A stretch of DNA of 51,648 bases from positions 436,167 to 487,814 of the forward strand of contig JBNGIO010006279.1 of assembly GCA_049999805.1 (NCBI GenBank). Reading direction: 5' to 3'. The first letter of the stretch is position 1. Each line of letters starts with the position of its first letter. Source of the stretch: Folioceros fuciformis (lineage: Eukaryota). Shown in pieces: positions 33,951-46,033 of the stretch. The notes beneath the pieces were generated by a model. That model saw only the letters and a list, made by a program, of their open reading frames with translations, ran no database searches and had not been told where the DNA came from. Made by a program: the position numbers and the translations under genes.

Positions 33951-36267
33951 GAAAATGGTGCACCTGTGCACCATCTTCAAATCAAGTGAAAGCTTCAATC
34001 TATGGGATGCAACTGTCGTCTACTTGGAGTTATGTATGTCACTGGCACGAAATCTTCAGCACTTCATACCCGCTATGATCTGAATTCTCTTCTGCTTGTG
34101 GCTAGCAAATGTTGTGCTTGGACGGAGATTTTGGTGAAGAAGACGGTGACTCCGAAAAAGGAGAACAAGTCTCAAAAAGAGAAGTGCTAGGTGCCGGGGT
34201 TGGCCAGGCGCTGCATAGGGAACCGCAGAACTACCTGGGGCTTCCCTGGTTGGATGGCATCGACTCCGGGAAGTACAGTACGGGCCATCGCGACCAAGGT
34301 GTTTCCGAGCTATACTCCTCCGATTTTCGTACGCGTCGTCTTCAATTTCGGTGCGGATTTGGCTTAGCTGCCGAGGAATTATCTTGAGGTTTCTCCTCTG
34401 CCCTAATAGGTTTTATCCCTTCGTGTGGCAGAGAGCTTGTCGAACACACTCATACTAGTATGTCAACGAGGCCAGTGCAAAGCTCTTGCTTCCAATTTTA
34501 ATCTGCGATCTGCATACATCCAAGCATAGGGTAGAGGGCCCGACACAGATTCACATGTGGCAAGGGTCTATACACAAGTCATTGCGAATTCCGCAACGAG
34601 GCTCGGGCAAAACCTGCACAAAATCGCAGGTGCCGCTGCTCAGCGTTGTGGACAGGTGCAATATCAATCCTGCACAGTTGCTACAATGGTGTACAGTTCG
34701 ATCCAGACGTGACACTGTCAAATGGATTGGCACCACAGGGAAGATCGTGCAAGACTCCACATCAGCGGTGAGTTGCAGAAGCTTGCGATTGGTGAAGCGT
34801 ACAAGTAACATGCCAGAAGTGTGCACGTCCACAACATTCGGGACGGAAGTCTAGGGTTGCGGCTGTGAGATAATGCTTAGCAAATGGCTTTGCCGAGAGA
34901 CGTCGTTGGCCACGACACCTTGAGTTATAACAAGTTTAGGGTAAACTTGTGCCGTCTCCTTCATCATGAGAATTCGTTATGGCACGGATTCTTTACGTGT
35001 TATGTGAACTTCCTCTCACACGTGGTGTTGGGTCTTAGGGATACCGTCTGAGGTTAGTGGTTGATGGTTGTTGGTTCGTGATAATTGATGGTTGATGATG
35101 ATTGATGGTTGGGGATAGTGATACATGGCAAGTGGTTTGTCGTTAGTGGTTCTAGTTTCTGGGTAAGGGGCCAATAACCACTAAGGACAAGCCGTTCAAC
35201 CCCTGCGGTTAGTCACGAGTGTCTTCTTTAGTGGTCTGGCGTTAGTGGTCGGTTAGTTACTGATTAGGCGTTACAGGGTAGCAGTTAGTTTTGAGACATT
35301 ACTGGGTGGCAGTAAGTGGTTTGGGTTGGCAGTTAGGGTTTAGGTGTAGTCTATACACCTACGTCCTACGCGAGATAAGCCTGGAGCTAGGCCAAAGATA
35401 TAAATCTTCCTCAAAGCTGACTCTATTTGCAAAACAGTGCAATGCCTTGGTACACGTTCTTAAGGAAGAGAATACCGTAGCTATAAGTTGCAGGGACCAA
35501 AATCATGTCCATGAACAGCTACTTGAAGGACAGTCTGCTACCGGGAAAAGGGCCACTGTCGTAGTGGGAGAAAAACACGCTAGCGTGGTGGACTCCTATT
35601 CACGAAGGAAGCGTACACAAGGCTCACTTCCAACTACGACATACTGGACGTGGCAAATGCCTACCCTGCTGTACAGGGTGGGCATCATCCAGGTTTTCCT
35701 GTCCCGAAAATAGACCCGGTGGAGGATGCTCTTTCGAAGAAGAGTACTTTACCAAAAGGCTAAACTACATACTGTACCGCAGCAGACGTGAGGGCGGTAA
35801 GCCGTGTTTCTATTGGCAGCGCTTGGCACTGCCAATAGTCGGGGAAGACGAATCCTCCCGCCCGCTCCGATCACATCACCTCCACCCTGCTTAGATTCGA
35901 TGACCTGTGGATAAGGCGCCGAGTCGACCTCAAAGCTTGTGATGGCTCTCATATCATATTTAGATCCAAAATTCCGGGAACTCACTGAGGACACTAAGGC
36001 GGGTTTCACACTTTCAGCCAACCGTGCAAGACCACGGTTACACTAGGTACTCCGTCAGAACTGACCTTGGATGGTTCTCCGCAGCTGCGAACAGACCTGA
36101 ACAATGGCAAAGGAAGGTTACGCCTTTCTTTCTCGAATGCAGTAAGAATAAGCGAACATACAGGATTCCACAAAGTAGTAGGCAGGTTCTGGTTCCAAGT
36201 TAAGGTATACAACGATGAACAGGATCCGTGCAAATGGATGCTCACAGCAGCGTGTTGCAGCTCAGAC

Positions 36268-37080
36268 TCAGAACTTCCAGCATGTTGCTGCTCTCAAAAA
36301 TTCTGCAAAACTCCATGCGCTCGGTGATCTGGACACATCGAGCATCATTGCCTTAAAGTCTTCAAAGTTCACGAGGCCGTCACCATCTCTATCCACAGCC
36401 CTGATCATGGCAAGAAAATCACGAGCAGGTCTTCCTTTCCTGAGGTTCAGGCTCTGGACCACGCCCTTCAACTCGCTTGGCGAGATAAATCCATCATTAT
36501 TGCTGTCAAACACCGTGAAGGCGTCCCGCAGGCATTGTTCCCTCTCCGCCTCATCGATTTCCTCCTTGGACAGACACAAGGAAGCATAGAGCTTCACGAA
36601 CTCGGCATACTCCAACACGCCATCCCCGTTCTCGTCAGCGGAGTTCAATACGGCGTGCGCACGCTCCAAGGCTAGCGACAGATTGAATTTCTCCAAGAAG
36701 GCGACTAGCTCAGTTGTGGATATTCTCTTATCGCCGTCCGCATCAATAAGTTCGAACACCTCTCGCACCTTGGACACATCCGGAACTCCACCCCTGCGTA
36801 ACACAAACATATCCGTCCGTTCCACTGGAGAGCATGAGCTAGCATGGATTTCGCCTCTCCTGCCACCGCAATCGAAATTCGCAAGACTCACGAACCTCGA
36901 AACGTGACCAGTCTCCGCTCCCCTCTCACAACTTTGTTGCTCATCGGACGATGCACGGCACGGATCAGAGGAGCAGGCAGCAGCGATCCGCGGGACGTCT
37001 TGATAATGCCACAACTCCTCCATGTGCTGCTCCACTGCTCGCAGTTGCTCCTCATTCTGCAGGGAGGCAGCATTTGCCAT
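36268..37080 (-). CDS. Calmodulin-like (CML) four-EF-hand calcium sensor with ~105-aa N-terminal extension, intronless
   Basis: EF loops DADGDKRISTTE, DENGDGVLEYAE, DSNNDGFISPSE and DRDGDGLVNFED. Confidence 0.88.
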   Translation of the reverse strand: MANAASLQNEEQLRAVEQHMEELWHYQDVPRIAAACSSDPCRASSDEQQSCERGAETGHVSRFVSLANFDCGGRRGEIHASSCSPVERTDMFVLRRGGVPDVSKVREVFELIDADGDKRISTTELVAFLEKFNLSLALERAHAVLNSADENGDGVLEYAEFVKLYASLCLSKEEIDEAEREQCLRDAFTVFDSNNDGFISPSELKGVVQSLNLRKGRPARDFLAMIRAVDRDGDGLVNFEDFKAMMLDVSRSPSAWSFAEFLRAATCWKF

Positions 37081-37421
37081 TTCGCGATCCGCGACTCAAT
37101 TGCCCAGTGGATTCACGATCACGACACTAGCAGCATATCAAGAGCTGCCAGGATGTTCCAGCTGGTAGGTTCCGCGAACCTTGGAAACATCCCTTTTATG
37201 CAACTGAACGAGAAGTACAGTGCCGTAACTTGCTACGCTTTTTCAACGAAACTGCCGCCGATTTTCAAAAGAAATCACTTCGTGCCTTCCCAGCCGATAG
37301 TTGTGCTAGATATGTGTGCAACAGCACAGAGCACTTGCACATACAGTTTGTCCCAGTTCTAAGTAGTTATATATATATCATATAATAATAGTCCTAAGTA
37401 ATTTTATATATATATATGAGC

Positions 37422-38028
37422 TTCTGAGCAAGTGCATTCGCTTAGTATAGCCAAAGTCTTAGATTCAGGGCCTCGGGTTCAAGTCCAGACAAATCCCTAA
37501 AAAATTCTGAACAAGCACATACATATAGTATAGCCAAAGTCTTAGATTTAGGGCCTCGGGTTCAAGTCCAGACAAATCCCTAAACGATAGGTCAATTATT
37601 TTTGAGCTTGAGAATCAAGCTCAATGCAACTTCATCTGGGTAGGTTGAAAAGAAGCAGTGCCATTCAGAAACCCAGAGGCAAGGCTACAAAGCATAGAGC
37701 TTGTACCTTTCTCATAGAAGAATGGAGGTGGAATCCTTCTCCATAGAAGAGAGTGATGAAGGCGAGCTCACGCAAGTGAGGGAATGAGAGAGGCGGCAAA
37801 AGGGAGTTAGGGTTGTGGGAAGGTGCACCAAGGTCCACGTACATGAGTTTAGGGTTGTGGGAAGGTGCACCAAGGTCCAGGTACATGAGAGGAGAATTTA
37901 TACTAATCCGTCTTTTGTCAAGTTATACTAATCCGTCTCTTGTCAAGTTATACTAATCCGTCTCTTGTCAAGNNNNNNNNNNTACTAATCCGTCTCTTGT
38001 CAAGTTATACTAATCCGTCTCTTGTCAA
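37422..38028. repeat. Patch of tandem repeats: 83-bp x2 (with B box GGTTCAAGTCC), 39-bp x2, 25-bp x5+ spanning a gap
   Basis: tagtatagccaaagtcttagatt..gggcctcgggttcaagtccagacaaatccctaaa at 37443 and 37526; ttagggttgtgggaaggtgcaccaaggtcca at 37808 and 37849; (tactaatccgtctcttgtcaagtta)n at 37901-38028. Confidence 0.85.
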
Positions 38029-38343
38029 GGAGAGTGTGAGAGGAAAACTTAAAGAATTGACACCCTAGCTTGAGTATGCAAGAGTACCTTACCTGTACAA
38101 ACCTGGAAGGAGATCAAAAGAGTGCCTACCTTCTTGCAAAAGTTGTTGGTGCCAAGGCCTCCACTTAGTCTATAAACTCCCATGGCTTTTACATGGCCTC
38201 CAGTAGTCATCCAAAGCATGCAAGGTTAGTAAGTAGAAAGATTGTTGTTCCATATTTGTGTCTGGTCGTGTTCACTTGGAGGAGAGCTGATGATCCTCTC
38301 CTTTTCTTCGACGGTGTGACGGCTACGCTGTGTCCATGTGTGT

Positions 38344-40327
38344 ATGGAGCACAATATTTTCGCCAACTTCTCGTATTGTGGAGATGGACTGGCAAAGGCT
38401 AGTGTCTCGATGGTAAAATTGCCCACGAACGCGTGCTCGGAGATCTCAGCTTCCGTTGTGGAACACGACGATGGAAAGGACGCAGAAAATAGCGGGAAGG
38501 TGCTGCTCTCTGTCAGTAGAGAAATTAGGCAGGTCAAGAAGGAAGCAGAGGAGGAGGAATCTTCTGTTGGCAGGAGCGCTGCGGAGAAGAGGGAAGCAAA
38601 GAGGATAACGTCTTCTGGTCAGAGGAGAGCAGGAAAGTTGGAGGAGTCTGCGACAGTGAAGAAGTTCCGGGTTGCGAAATTGCCCAGCAGGGTTGAGCGT
38701 CACGTGAAGCAGGAGTTGGAGATTGAAGATATGGCGGATGTGAAGACGGAGGTTTTTAGTGCTGGGGAGCAAGCCGATTTCGTGGAAGCTCCCACTGTGG
38801 GAAGCGCGGTGGCTGGACCACCGGCCAATTGGGAAGCTATTCTTGATTTGATCAGGTCTTGTTATGCCAACCAGCCCTCTGGTGTTGAATGTCGATTGAT
38901 ACCTTAGGTGGTCTGTTGCATCTTCTTGAGTTCTGTGTGTGTCCTTGCACTATCCTGATGGACGTTTTAGTGCTCGATGCAGATGTGGAAAAATGTCATC
39001 TGACGTACCGGCTTGTTATGCACCTTTTCTCTAACCTAAATCACATGATACAGAGACATGAGGATAGACCGGAATGCCCCTGTAGACTTGCTGGGTCCAC
39101 AGCAGGTATGGTGTTTTAGTCTGGCTTGTGAGGTTCTTGTGTGACGCTTTTGGAGAAACGAGTGACACGTGCTTCTGCTGGTGGTGTGCTGGTTGAGATG
39201 AACTATGCCAGGTATAACAAGCACGCACCCTTTTGCTTTGCAGCTCATGGATCCTGATGCTCCTGCAGAAACGCAGAGATTTCATGCTCTAGTGGCGGGA
39301 ATGATAAGCTCGCAGACCAGGGATGCTGTAACTGCAGCTGCCATGAGAAGGCTGCATGCCTTGCCTGGGGGGTTGACTGTCAATGCAATTGAAGATGATA
39401 GAAACACCATTGCTACGCTGGCTGAAGTTCTCAAACCAGTTGGATTCTACAGGTGGGAATGCAAGAGCCTGTCACGCCCAGTCTTTTCCAATTAACCCAG
39501 CGCCTTTATCCTTCCTGCTGAATGGCTGATTGAGGACTTATGTTTCACTGCCATCGTGGATCGTAGGCAAAAAGCAAAGCATTTGAAGGGCATAGCACAG
39601 ATACTGTCAAAGCCACCATACAATGGGACAGTCCCTTCTGAACTTGAAGAGCTGGTAAGCCTAGGAGTCCCTGGACCTTTGAGCTGCCCTATTTCTTGTT
39701 CATAGTTTTGGCCGTTGTTGCTGTATGCGTGACTGACCTGCAGCCTTCGCCCCTCGCTCAAAGATAAAACTACCTGGTGTGGGTCCAAAAGTTGCGCTTC
39801 TTGTCATGTGCGTGGCATTTGGAAGGTGAAACAAGCAAGTACCAAGATCCTGATGCAATCATAGCAAGTTGTTGCTCAGTCTGATGGGTGTGATTGGTGT
39901 CACCCTTGACCTGTGCCTGGTTGGTATGCAACGTTGCAGGAGTGAGGAAGGAATTATCGTGGATACGAATGTGCGGAGAGTTTGCTGCAGATTAGGATGG
40001 GTGCCCGAGAAGTCAAGTCCAGAGCAGACACGGAAGGCACTAGAGCCGTGGTTGCCGAGAAATTTTTGGAGAGAGTTGAGCTTCTTGTTCGTGGGATTCG
40101 GTCAGCAGGTCCGTGAGGTGTTATCTTGTGAATTTGTCGTTTGCAGACTTGATTGCTGTCAGCAATTCTGTGTAGAGTGAAAATGTTCGTGTGCGCCATT
40201 GTTACAGGTCTGCAAGCCCGTTTCCCCTCAATGTGCAATCTGCAAAGCGCAAAGCCTGTGCCCCTCGGCATTCATGAAGGTAGAGAGGACAGTTGGCGGA
40301 AGCCGTACAAGTAAGAAGCGTAAATGA
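38344..40327 (+). CDS. NTH: Endonuclease III homologue (HhH-GPD DNA glycosylase/AP lyase with 4Fe-4S cluster), ~7 exons
   Basis: Spliced motifs PPANWEAILDLIR, APVDLLG, RFHALVAGMISSQTRDAVT, LKPVGFYR, HhH KLPGVGPKVA, GIIVDTNVRRV, VGFGQQVCKPVSPQCAICKAQSLCPSAF; stop TGA at 40325-40327. The start codon is uncertain. Confidence 0.88.
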
Positions 40328-41112
40328 ATCAGCGCATCTGTTCCCACTGAAACGCTGATGACGGTGTTCACCAAAGGATATGAACAACTGCTTGCGAAGG
40401 GAGTGGTGATGAGCGGTGCTAAGGACGAACGATTTCTGCCTTTAGAGGACATATCAGTGCAGTATGTTACGAGTCTGCGGCCAGTAGACATTCGAACTAC
40501 TTGTACAAGACTTTAACGTCACTCTGTCTCTTGTATCGCCGGGTACAGGAATTCATTCATGTCATGTTGCCTGTCCATTCACGTCACGTTGCGTTTGATG
40601 CCAATCATCATGAAGCGCTTTTGTACGTGCCATCTGCATTTGCCCTCTGTCAGTACTGAAAGGAGCCAGGGAGCCCATCTTCCAGGAAAAGTGCAAGCAC
40701 AAAGAATTTTTTTCAGGATACAATTCTAATAAATCACAAGGCAGCGCCTGCTCCAATCCCAGAGCCCGGAGGAACACCAGTTCCAGGAGGCAACTGCCAA
40801 CAGACAAATCTATCTCACAGCCACAGATTAAACGAGAAACTAGGACCCCACCATCGCAAGTCGATGCTGGCCTACAACGGACAGGTTTTGTACAAGCTGA
40901 TGCTGTATTCAAGCGATTAACTCCAAAGCTAACACTTCTTGTCATCCGCAAGCTCTAACAAGTCTCGAATTTCAGAAAACAGAACTGTCCATGTTGCTCT
41001 GAGCGTTAGGCTACTTGAAGCCTAACCCACCATGCTGTACTGGACTGAAGTTGTGTGGCCCACAGAAATAAACCACCCCTGCATCTGTGCACGAGATCTC
41101 AGGCCACAGGAC

Positions 41113-42212
41113 TCACATATAGTCTGCGGTGAAGGGAGTGACAAGCGGCTTCCCTCCAAAGTGGGCATCCAGATTGGCAACCACCAGGTTGCCCATCCCC
41201 CGCCTGGTTTCCCAAGTCAGGCTGGCGGCATGCGGCAGAAGGACCACATTGTCCAGACCCCAGAGCTCCTGCGGCACATGAGGTTCGTTCTCATACACGT
41301 CCAACCCAGCTGCTCCCAATCGACCTTCCAGGATCGCGCTCACCAGCTCCTGCTCGTCCACCACAGGGCCCCTGGCAATGTTGATGAGCGTGCCCTGGGG
41401 CCCCAACGCATCGATAATCTCCTTCCCGACGAGGTGGAAAGTCTCCTTGGTCAGGGCACAGGACAGCATCAGCATATCGCAATTCTGCGCCAGCTCCAGC
41501 ACCGTGGAGTAGTGGGTGTAGGGAATCTTGGCCTTCTTGGATCTGGAGTGGTAGGAAATGAGGCAGCCGAACGCCTCCGCCCTCTTCGCAATGGCCAGCC
41601 CGATCCTCCCGAGGCCCACGATCCCCAACCGCTTGCCATTCAGCTGCATCCAACCCGCCCTCAGAACCCATGAGCAGGAGAATAACCAAAGCAAGCAAAG
41701 TGCGGGGCAGAATCAAAGAAAAGTGCGGAGCAGAATCAGGCAAGAGTGCGGAGCAAAATCAAGCAAAAGTGTGTTACCCTGGGAGTGAGGGGAAAGTCGC
41801 CATGAATGGGCCATAAGCCCTTCCGCACATATCTGTCCATGGCGCATACTCTCCGCACAGTGGCGAGCAACAGCGACATGGCCATGTCCGCGCAATCATC
41901 CGTGAGCACATCAGGAGTGTAGGTGACCAGCACGCCCCTCTCCCGACACCGTGGGATGTCGATGGCGTTCACCCCAACACTGAAGGAAGCCACGATCTCC
42001 AGTTTGGGTAAGGCGTCAATGAGCTCCGCGTTGGCTCCCGACGCGTTGGCCACCACAGCCCGGATCGACTGCGCGTGCTCCGCCACGAATGCCTTGGGAT
42101 CAGCCGCCTCCCACATTCTGTAGTGCGTGTACTTGGCGCTGAGCGCCGCCTCCAGGTCCTCCAGCATGGGCTGCGTCTGCAACACACCGGGCTTCTTCCC
42201 CGTGGCCACCAT
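41113..42212 (-). CDS. HPPR: Hydroxyphenylpyruvate reductase / HPR2-type D-2-hydroxyacid dehydrogenase, 321 aa, 2 exons (42212-41778, 41643-41113)
   Basis: [35 protein letters not shown], Rossmann [16 protein letters not shown], and catalytic NIARG / DVYENEP / LPHAAS. Phase-0 GT-AG intron. Confidence 0.92.
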
Positions 42213-43948
42213 GGTCGCAGCAGCGGCAACAAGCGTCCCCCGTCCCCGATCCGCCTCCGCAATGCCCCCCTCCTCCTGGCTCCGGTGCTGGGCTCGCACG
42301 CGGTCGGGAGCAGGGGCGGAGGTGCTCAGTCCGCGATCGGAGACGGAGAAGAGGAATATGAAAGAGACGCCAACAGGGCGCCACCGCCCGCCCCAAAAGG
42401 AGGAAACGGAGGAGGAAGAGTAGGCGGAGAAGACGCAGAAGCAGGCGCGCATCAACGCCTGGCTGCCCTTGCTCCGGGCCTGACACTCCCGTCACCGTGC
42501 GGCCTGCCGCGATCGCCTCCTCCTTCGCTTATTAGAGCGAAGCGCGAATTTTCACGACCCAGGCCAATCATGCTGGGAAGGAAGGAGCGGTAAGAGAGAT
42601 TGGAATTGACCCCATTTCACATGCAATCATGCAGGCAGGCCAGGCCAGGCTAGGCCCCTGGTTCTACCAGCACACTCTCTCCACACTACTAGCACACAAG
42701 CCCAAGTCCCCAGTCTCACCCGAACGCTCGCTCGGTTTCTCCTCCCTTCCCGCCTCTCTCTCCTCTCTCTAGCCGCCCGGAAGTTGGAATGGCCGCAGTC
42801 AACCAGCACGATGCTGCAAGGCTCTGCAGAGGACGCGGAGGTATGTAAAAGAAGCCGTGAAGAGAAAGACAACGGAAAGATGGGGGGAGCGTCCATCTTT
42901 CCGGCGGAAAGAGATTCGGTGGCCGGAAAGATGGAGCGGGTACCATGGTGCGCATTATTGGCAGGAGACCGGCGGTAGGCGGTTGCGTGAGCCACGGCGG
43001 GCCACGTCCTGCACCGTCCACTTTCGCGGCTGCTTCTGCTCCGCTCCGGGGAGAGGGCAGGTGACATGAATGGTTGGGGAGGCTGGGGCGGGCGGACCGA
43101 CCTTTTTTACATGGCCTACGCCAGGTCGTCAGCCCTCGCCTCTCTGAGGCTGCTAGCCCGCCTGCTTCTACATGCTTGTTAACAAACACTTCACACACAG
43201 GGCTGAGCTTGTCGCTACTCTGCGGCAAGTACAGTACCGGCTCTGTTCGTACCTCGTCTCGGAGTTCGGTGTTTCTCAGCCTCGCTTCCCAGATGCTTCG
43301 CTTTCGAGCCGTGTGACTGCCTGATGGACTGGTTCCACTGTAACATTACAACCATCAGCTTGTCTGCACTGCTGTCGAAGTGCCTGCTTGAAGCAAGCAC
43401 GGTGGTTGGAGTGGCGGCCCACGAGAATCGCTCACCTGCCTCTTCGCTCTCTGGCAAGGCGCAGGAACGTTGGAAGGTTGGAGGAACCGGGGTGGGAGTT
43501 GGGCATGGGAGAGGGGTCATTTGACTCAATCCAGCTGGAGGTAACTTGAGCTTTCGTGCTCACAAAGAACAGCAGATCACTCTGACGTGGTAAAATTACA
43601 CATGTTTTCGCAATGTAGTTATTTGATGGAAGTACACCAAAGGGACAAAGGGAGAGCATCCCGGCTTTAGTGGCCAAGTACACTAAAAATCTTAACCTGG
43701 ACATAAGCGAGTAATCCGCGATCGATTGGCAGATCAAAATTCAAGGTCTCAACAGACGCCGACTTTTCCCAGACGCTGCACTGGCTGGAATGGTCGAGCG
43801 GTACTCTCTGTAACGTACAATACAGCCTTTTCCGACTCCCGAAGCAGGGGAGTGGAGAAACCAAATAATGGACCCGATTCCACCGCTGTGGCAGGTTGCG
43901 GCAACAAGTGGAGTGCCACCTGCAGCCGTGGAAGATGGGTCTTCTACC

Positions 43949-46033
43949 TCACAAATGCAGGACGGTAACGCCGGTGATGAATTTCGGCTCCATCTTGTCA
44001 GGTCCCCTCGGGATGATGCTGACTACCAAGGGCTCGGTGCTGGACTCGGAGACGCCGGTTTGAGCAAGGACTCCACTGATGGCTATGCGGAAGTTTTGGG
44101 TGCGCCAGTCCTGATGCTCCACTTCGCCGTTAGGTTTGATAGCGGCGGAAGTGTGAGGAATTTCGTAGAACGTTCCAGCATACTCGGCGATGGTGATCGG
44201 CGTGCTGCTGTCGGCTTCCGGGAGATTTATGAAGATGTCAAAGATGTTCGTCTTCATCATCGGGGTGACGAGCCCCTCGATCTCCAGGACCTCCTCTGCG
44301 ACAGGCGCCAGCCTCGCGGCCTCGGCACCACGCCTGAGCAGGGACTTCACGGGTCTGTTAACCCGGAAGTGAAACGGCTGCCCGCCGATAGTGACCTGAC
44401 TTTGCCCCGGCATGGAGGCGGGCCCCATGACCGGAATACCCGCCACGTGTGTTACTGCCCAGTCGTGGTCAGCCTCCAGAATATTCCAAGCAGGTGCAGA
44501 CTTTCCTCTCCACCACTCGCTGGCCCAAGACGGAAGGACACAATTCACCAACGCACCGATTTTGGACTGTTTCTGCTGCGCCCTAGCCGCGGTTTGAAGG
44601 ATTCTGGAGCCTTGCGACAGCGGGAAATAATTCGCCCAAGAGTTCTCCACCTCCTCGTATCTGTACCGCAATCTCTCCGTCTCCTGGCTGCCAGAGACAT
44701 TCACCACCACCCCGTCGCCGTTCTCGTCAAAGAAAATGAACTCCGTGTCTAGCCAATCCGATTCTGTGGGATTTTGTCGCCGGCCTCCAGGAAGATTGTT
44801 CCACACAGTCCACAACCTATCCAAATTGCAGTGCAATCCGTAGAAGACCGGGTCGCGAGCAGCAGAATAGAAATTCCCCATGTTCTCGTGGTCAGCAGAG
44901 GTGAGATCCGCCACCCAGTCGTGAATGCTGTTGTGCGGAATATACTCAATTGACCCGCCTCCAGGTGCCGCCGGCGTCCCTTCCACAAATTTGTGGCCGA
45001 AGAAGGTGTGAGGGACAGTTGAAAGAAAAATATTCCTGTTCATGCTGATCCTATTGCGCTCGTTCAACTCCGCATCAGAGTAAGGAGAATCCCCTACATT
45101 GAATCATACAAGGCAGAGAGCGTCAGACTGGACCGATTTGGCATCCATTCTCCTCCCGGACATGCTGCAACTCGTCCGTCCCGGAGGATCAGACAGTAAA
45201 TGCACTCAAACCAAAATTGCTACAACCAATCGGACACAAAGATGCACAGCTCATTTCAATTCATTTCACCAAACTACTACCTTGTGGTCTCTGCTCCACA
45301 ATCTGAAATCTCCCAAGTGCAATGCTCGAATTACGTCACACGCAATCCACACTACATCGTCAGCAATGGTTGAAAACTGACCAGAATCCACGATGAGATC
45401 GAAGGGGATATCGATCGTTCGTGGCGGCATGTGGAACTTGCTCCGCAAAGGATCCCCGAGGGCGCTCCACTCAGTATACTGCACGGGGAATCGGTTGGCA
45501 GGATGATGCTCCTCAGCGGCGGTAAGGTTGTCGAAGTTCCAGAAGGGAAGAGCGAAGGTATCGTCGTCGATGAGCTTGGCCAGGATGCGCTCATGGAAGT
45601 AAACATACCAGCGGTGCCAGGGCAGGAAGAGCCAAGACTTGTGGATGAGGAGCACGGTTTCCGGCGCCACGCCCCGCTGAATGAGCGCGTTGTTGCAGTA
45701 AGCACAGTGCATCCAGGCCTGGATGTTGTGCGTCCGGGGATCGTCATCCGGCAGCGCCCGCAGCGCAGCGTAGGCCCGATTGTACTTGTCCCAATACTCG
45801 GTGTCGTTCACCAAGGTGTGGATGGGGCGCCTAACCCGCATCGGCAAGTCTGTTTGATACTGGAATGGCTTCACGGATCGGGGCACCGGCGGGCAGCACC
45901 GGTAGTTAGCGTGCGAGAGCTTGAGCGTGATGTTCCGGCACACCGCGAAATCGGGGGTCTTGAGCGGAGCTCCTGACACGCATTGCACTAGCAAAAGGGC
46001 CAGACTCCATCCCAGCCACCGCATCGTCGTCAT
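43949..46033 (-). CDS. PPO: Polyphenol oxidase (type-3 copper), 598 aa, N-terminal signal peptide; 2 exons (46033-45382, 45093-43949)
   Basis: CuA HCAYC...IHKSWLFLPWHRWYVYFHE; CuB EYIPHNSIH...MGNFYSAARDPVFYGLH; DWL, FDIFIN (KFDV-like) and EYAGTF motifs. Phase-1 intron G|gtcagt...tgtag|GG. N-terminus MRWLGWSLALLLVQCVSG/AP. Confidence 0.93.

Noticed and set aside
34000-36250. Short ORFs (34486..34854, 35291..35713, 35749..36021) and a G/T-skewed LTR-like tract at ~35050-35350
   Set aside because: No recognisable protein motifs, paired termini or PBS. The region remains unexplained and needs a database search.
37901-38028. 25-bp repeats resembling a CRISPR array
   Set aside because: Head-to-tail with no spacers, eukaryotic context, no cas genes.
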